A stretch of 42,644 bases of DNA from Actinomycetota bacterium (GTDB lineage: Bacteria > Actinomycetota > Actinomycetes > S36-B12 > UBA5976). The stretch is taken from the NCBI GenBank assembly GCA_027730605.1, contig JAQCGN010000003.1, positions 1-42,644 of the forward strand, in the 5' to 3' direction. The notes beneath the pieces were generated by a model. It had not been told where the DNA came from, made no database searches, and was given only the letters and a program-made list of their open reading frames with translations. Of the stretch, positions 40,399-42,644 are shown in pieces. Both the position numbers and the translations under genes were made by a program. Position 1 is the stretch's first letter. The number at the start of each line of letters is the position of its first letter.

Positions 40399-40474
40399 GA
40401 TAAAGATGTTACTCCCGTGGTTTAGACTTTGCCAAGAAGCACCACCTAATCAGATGCATTAGATTTATTCTTAC

Positions 40475-41245
40475 TTGAGAGGAACTATCCCCAGATTTAT
40501 GCTAAAAATAGCCCCCTTACCTGAGAAAGTCATATCTGATTTAGAAATATTTCAGTTCTACCCATGGCCAAATAAGCCATGGATCAGAGCCAGCATGATC
40601 CAAACACTTGATGGGAACATAAAAGATCAAAATGATGCAACAGAACTAATCAGCACCGATTCTGACAAACAAATTTTTAGACTGTTAAGACAACTTAGTG
40701 AAGTAATTTTGGTTGGTTCAATTACTGCTCAATCTGCTCCTTATTTAAACATTAAAATAAACACCTCAAATCAAGAGTTAAGAAAAAAATTACGATTACC
40801 AAAAAAACCAAGATTGGCAGTAGTTTCAAATAGATTAAATTTTACCAAAGACTGGTTAAAATCAAGAGTTGATGAAGAACAACCTTTGATTTACACCCAT
40901 CAAGGTAATGAATTAAATATTGAACCATTTCTTGGTTTAGCAGAATTTGTTTTTTGTGGCCAAAAAGAAGTTGATCTAAAAAGTGTTAAGCAAGATCTAG
41001 TCAGAAGAGCTTATAAAAGAATATTGTGTGAAGGTGGACCTACTTTGTTGAATGGTTTATTGCAAGCAAATCTATTAGATGAGATAGATTTATCAATTGT
41101 GGCAAAATTATCGCAGAATTCGAAAATCACAAACATAGTTTCAGATGCTAACCTTAAAGTCCCAATTAATTTCAAAACAATTCATGTTTTGCATGAAAAT
41201 CAAACTGTTTTTTTAAGATACTTAACCGAAGGACATAAATTTTAA
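40475..41245 (+). CDS. RibD C-terminal / dihydrofolate reductase family protein, Rv2671-like (start may be ATG 40499)
   Basis: Motifs WIRASMIQTLDG, D...FRLLR, ILVG, RILCEGGPTL and LLDE. Lies upstream of msrB. Confidence 0.85.
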   Translation: MRGTIPRFMLKIAPLPEKVISDLEIFQFYPWPNKPWIRASMIQTLDGNIKDQNDATELISTDSDKQIFRLLRQLSEVILVGSITAQSAPYLNIKINTSNQELRKKLRLPKKPRLAVVSNRLNFTKDWLKSRVDEEQPLIYTHQGNELNIEPFLGLAEFVFCGQKEVDLKSVKQDLVRRAYKRILCEGGPTLLNGLLQANLLDEIDLSIVAKLSQNSKITNIVSDANLKVPINFKTIHVLHENQTVFLRYLTEGHKF

Positions 41246-41676
41246 TGGGTGAAAATATTTCAGATTTAAAACCAGATGGAAGCAACTACCCAATTCAAAA
41301 AAGTGATGCGCAATGGAAACAAGAATTATCTGATTTCGAGTATCACGTTTTAAGACAAGCTGGTACTGAACCTGCGTGGAGTGGAGAAATTGAGACTGGT
41401 GAAAATCTGGTTTATGTCTGCCGGGGTTGTGAAGCTCAATTATTTACCACAAAAGAAAAGTTTGATTCTCGTTGTGGATGGCCATCTTTTTGGTCACCAC
41501 TAGCAAAAGATGCAATCATCGAATTACCTGATTACTCCATGGGTCGATTAAGAGTTGAAGTTCGTTGTGCAAATTGTGGATCTCATTTGGGACATGTGTT
41601 TGAGGGAGAGGGTTTTGATACCCCCACTGATTTGCGCTATTGCATAAACGCAGTTTGTTTAAAACCTGCACAATAA
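41245..41676 (+). CDS. msrB: Peptide-methionine (R)-S-oxide reductase
   Basis: Motifs GTE, CRGC, KFDSRCGWPSF, CANCGSHLGHVF and RYCIN. Confidence 0.97.
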   Translation: MGENISDLKPDGSNYPIQKSDAQWKQELSDFEYHVLRQAGTEPAWSGEIETGENLVYVCRGCEAQLFTTKEKFDSRCGWPSFWSPLAKDAIIELPDYSMGRLRVEVRCANCGSHLGHVFEGEGFDTPTDLRYCINAVCLKPAQ

Positions 41677-41739
41677 ATCCCCATCCCAATTCGGCGTTTC
41701 ATCACTTCAGTCACACCAGTAACACATAAAGTTAGGCAA

Positions 41740-42291
41740 GTGAAATTCGAAAATCCTCAATTTGAACAACTTGTCACCTCACTTCGAAGTGCTCCTTTCA
41801 GACCAGAAATCACAACTGAAGAAGTACCAGCACCAATGAGACTTGCTCCTTATTCACTTGCCATTGCTGCTGAAGTTTTGGAAGGTGAAAACGATTTAAG
41901 CAACGGTCGATTAGTTTTACTTTTTGATCCACAAGCTGTTCCTGCTTGGAATGGCACAACCAGATTAGTTACTTTCACTAAAGCTCGCGTAGAAGCAGAT
42001 TTAGCAAGTGATCCCCTGCTCACCCAAGTTGGTTGGACTTGGTTACTTGATTGTTTTTCCCAAAGAGGAATAAAAGCAGCTGAACTTTCTGGCACTGTGA
42101 CTAGAACTTCTTCAGATTCTTATGGCGAACTTAATTCTCATGCCCTGGAAGGAACAATCGAGATAAGAGCTTCTTGGACTGTTCCTGATCAAATTGAATT
42201 ACACGTTGCCGCTTGGGGAGATTTGCTCTGTCAAGCAGCAGGCTTACAACCTCTACCTCCAGGAATAACCCGTATCAAAAAAACCCATTAA
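41740..42291 (+). CDS. DUF3000 family protein
   Basis: Motifs RPEI..EEVPAP.RLAPY, GRLVLL.DP, W.GT.RLV, DPLL..VGW.WL, GTVT and EIRASW. Confidence 0.92.
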   Translation: MKFENPQFEQLVTSLRSAPFRPEITTEEVPAPMRLAPYSLAIAAEVLEGENDLSNGRLVLLFDPQAVPAWNGTTRLVTFTKARVEADLASDPLLTQVGWTWLLDCFSQRGIKAAELSGTVTRTSSDSYGELNSHALEGTIEIRASWTVPDQIELHVAAWGDLLCQAAGLQPLPPGITRIKKTH

Positions 42292-42334
42292 ATTGGGAAC
42301 AATTTAGTATCAGTTTTTCGTCTCAATTTTTAAC

Positions 42335-42644
42335 TTGAAGAAAAACCTAACCACCTTAGTCACAGGTGATACAAAACAGTCTCAAAAATTTTTAGAAATA
42401 TTAAAATAAGTTGGCACCACTCATTGGAAACATGTTACAACTGCAAACCAAATGAGACTTCATTTCAGAAAAAATGGAACACCAAGCATCTCACTTCTTG
42501 ATGAAAGAATTGGAGCTGAATGGGGTGTTAATTTAGCGCAAGAATTACGAATAGCTGGGTGTTCAAATATTGTGCTTTTTAACAAAAAATCTGATCCAAA
42601 TTCGATACTTAAAATACTAAAAAAAGATACCAGATGTCTTGTGT
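42335..42644 (+). pseudogene. Atypical response-regulator receiver domain with in-frame TAA at 42407-42409 (runs off the window edge)
   Basis: Frame from TTG 42335 reads MKKNLTTLVTGDTKQSQKFLEILK*VGTTHWKHVTTANQMRLHFRKNGTPSISLLDERIGAEWGVNLAQELRIAGCSNIVLF. The pattern is receiver-like, and the position matches the regulator that follows DUF3000 in Streptomyces-like genomes. Confidence 0.55.

Noticed and set aside
32298-40474. Integrative mobile element at tRNA-Val
   Set aside because: No recombinase and no visible att direct repeat; kept only as a variable region.

Overview
This is an AT-rich (roughly high-30s % GC by spot counts), very tightly packed chromosomal segment from a genome-streamlined actinobacterium. 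Gene order and proteins suggest a Nanopelagicales/acI-like lineage, which is inference. About the first 32 kb is conserved actinobacterial core: aroK-aroC-A24 peptidase-aroE-mltG-ruvX-alaS-rarA-aspS-hisS-MBL hydrolase, ppiB-DUF349, rel, secDF, ruvABC, yebC, pdxST, the pgsA-patA-pimA phosphatidylinositol-mannoside operon, HIT, thrS, an orphan formyltransferase, a PGPGW protein and a chorismate-binding protein. A tRNA-Gly(GCC)/Cys(GCA)/Val(GAC) cluster follows. After it lies about 8 kb of accessory-looking genes: NAD-dependent formate dehydrogenase, trhO, and an aminotransferase plus 2-hydroxyacid dehydrogenase operon. That stretch also holds a cell-wall module: a coiled-coil GH25 muramidase, an unannotated 37-aa Lys-rich peptide, a PG-binding M23 peptidase and an unknown secreted protein. 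Core synteny then resumes with a RibD-like reductase, msrB, DUF3000 and a response regulator interrupted by an in-frame stop. I saw no integrase, transposase, CRISPR, rRNA or recognisable defence system. The best candidates for something undescribed are the peptidoglycan-hydrolase/small-peptide module and the C1/C2 catabolic cassette. Both are moderate leads, not demonstrated systems.
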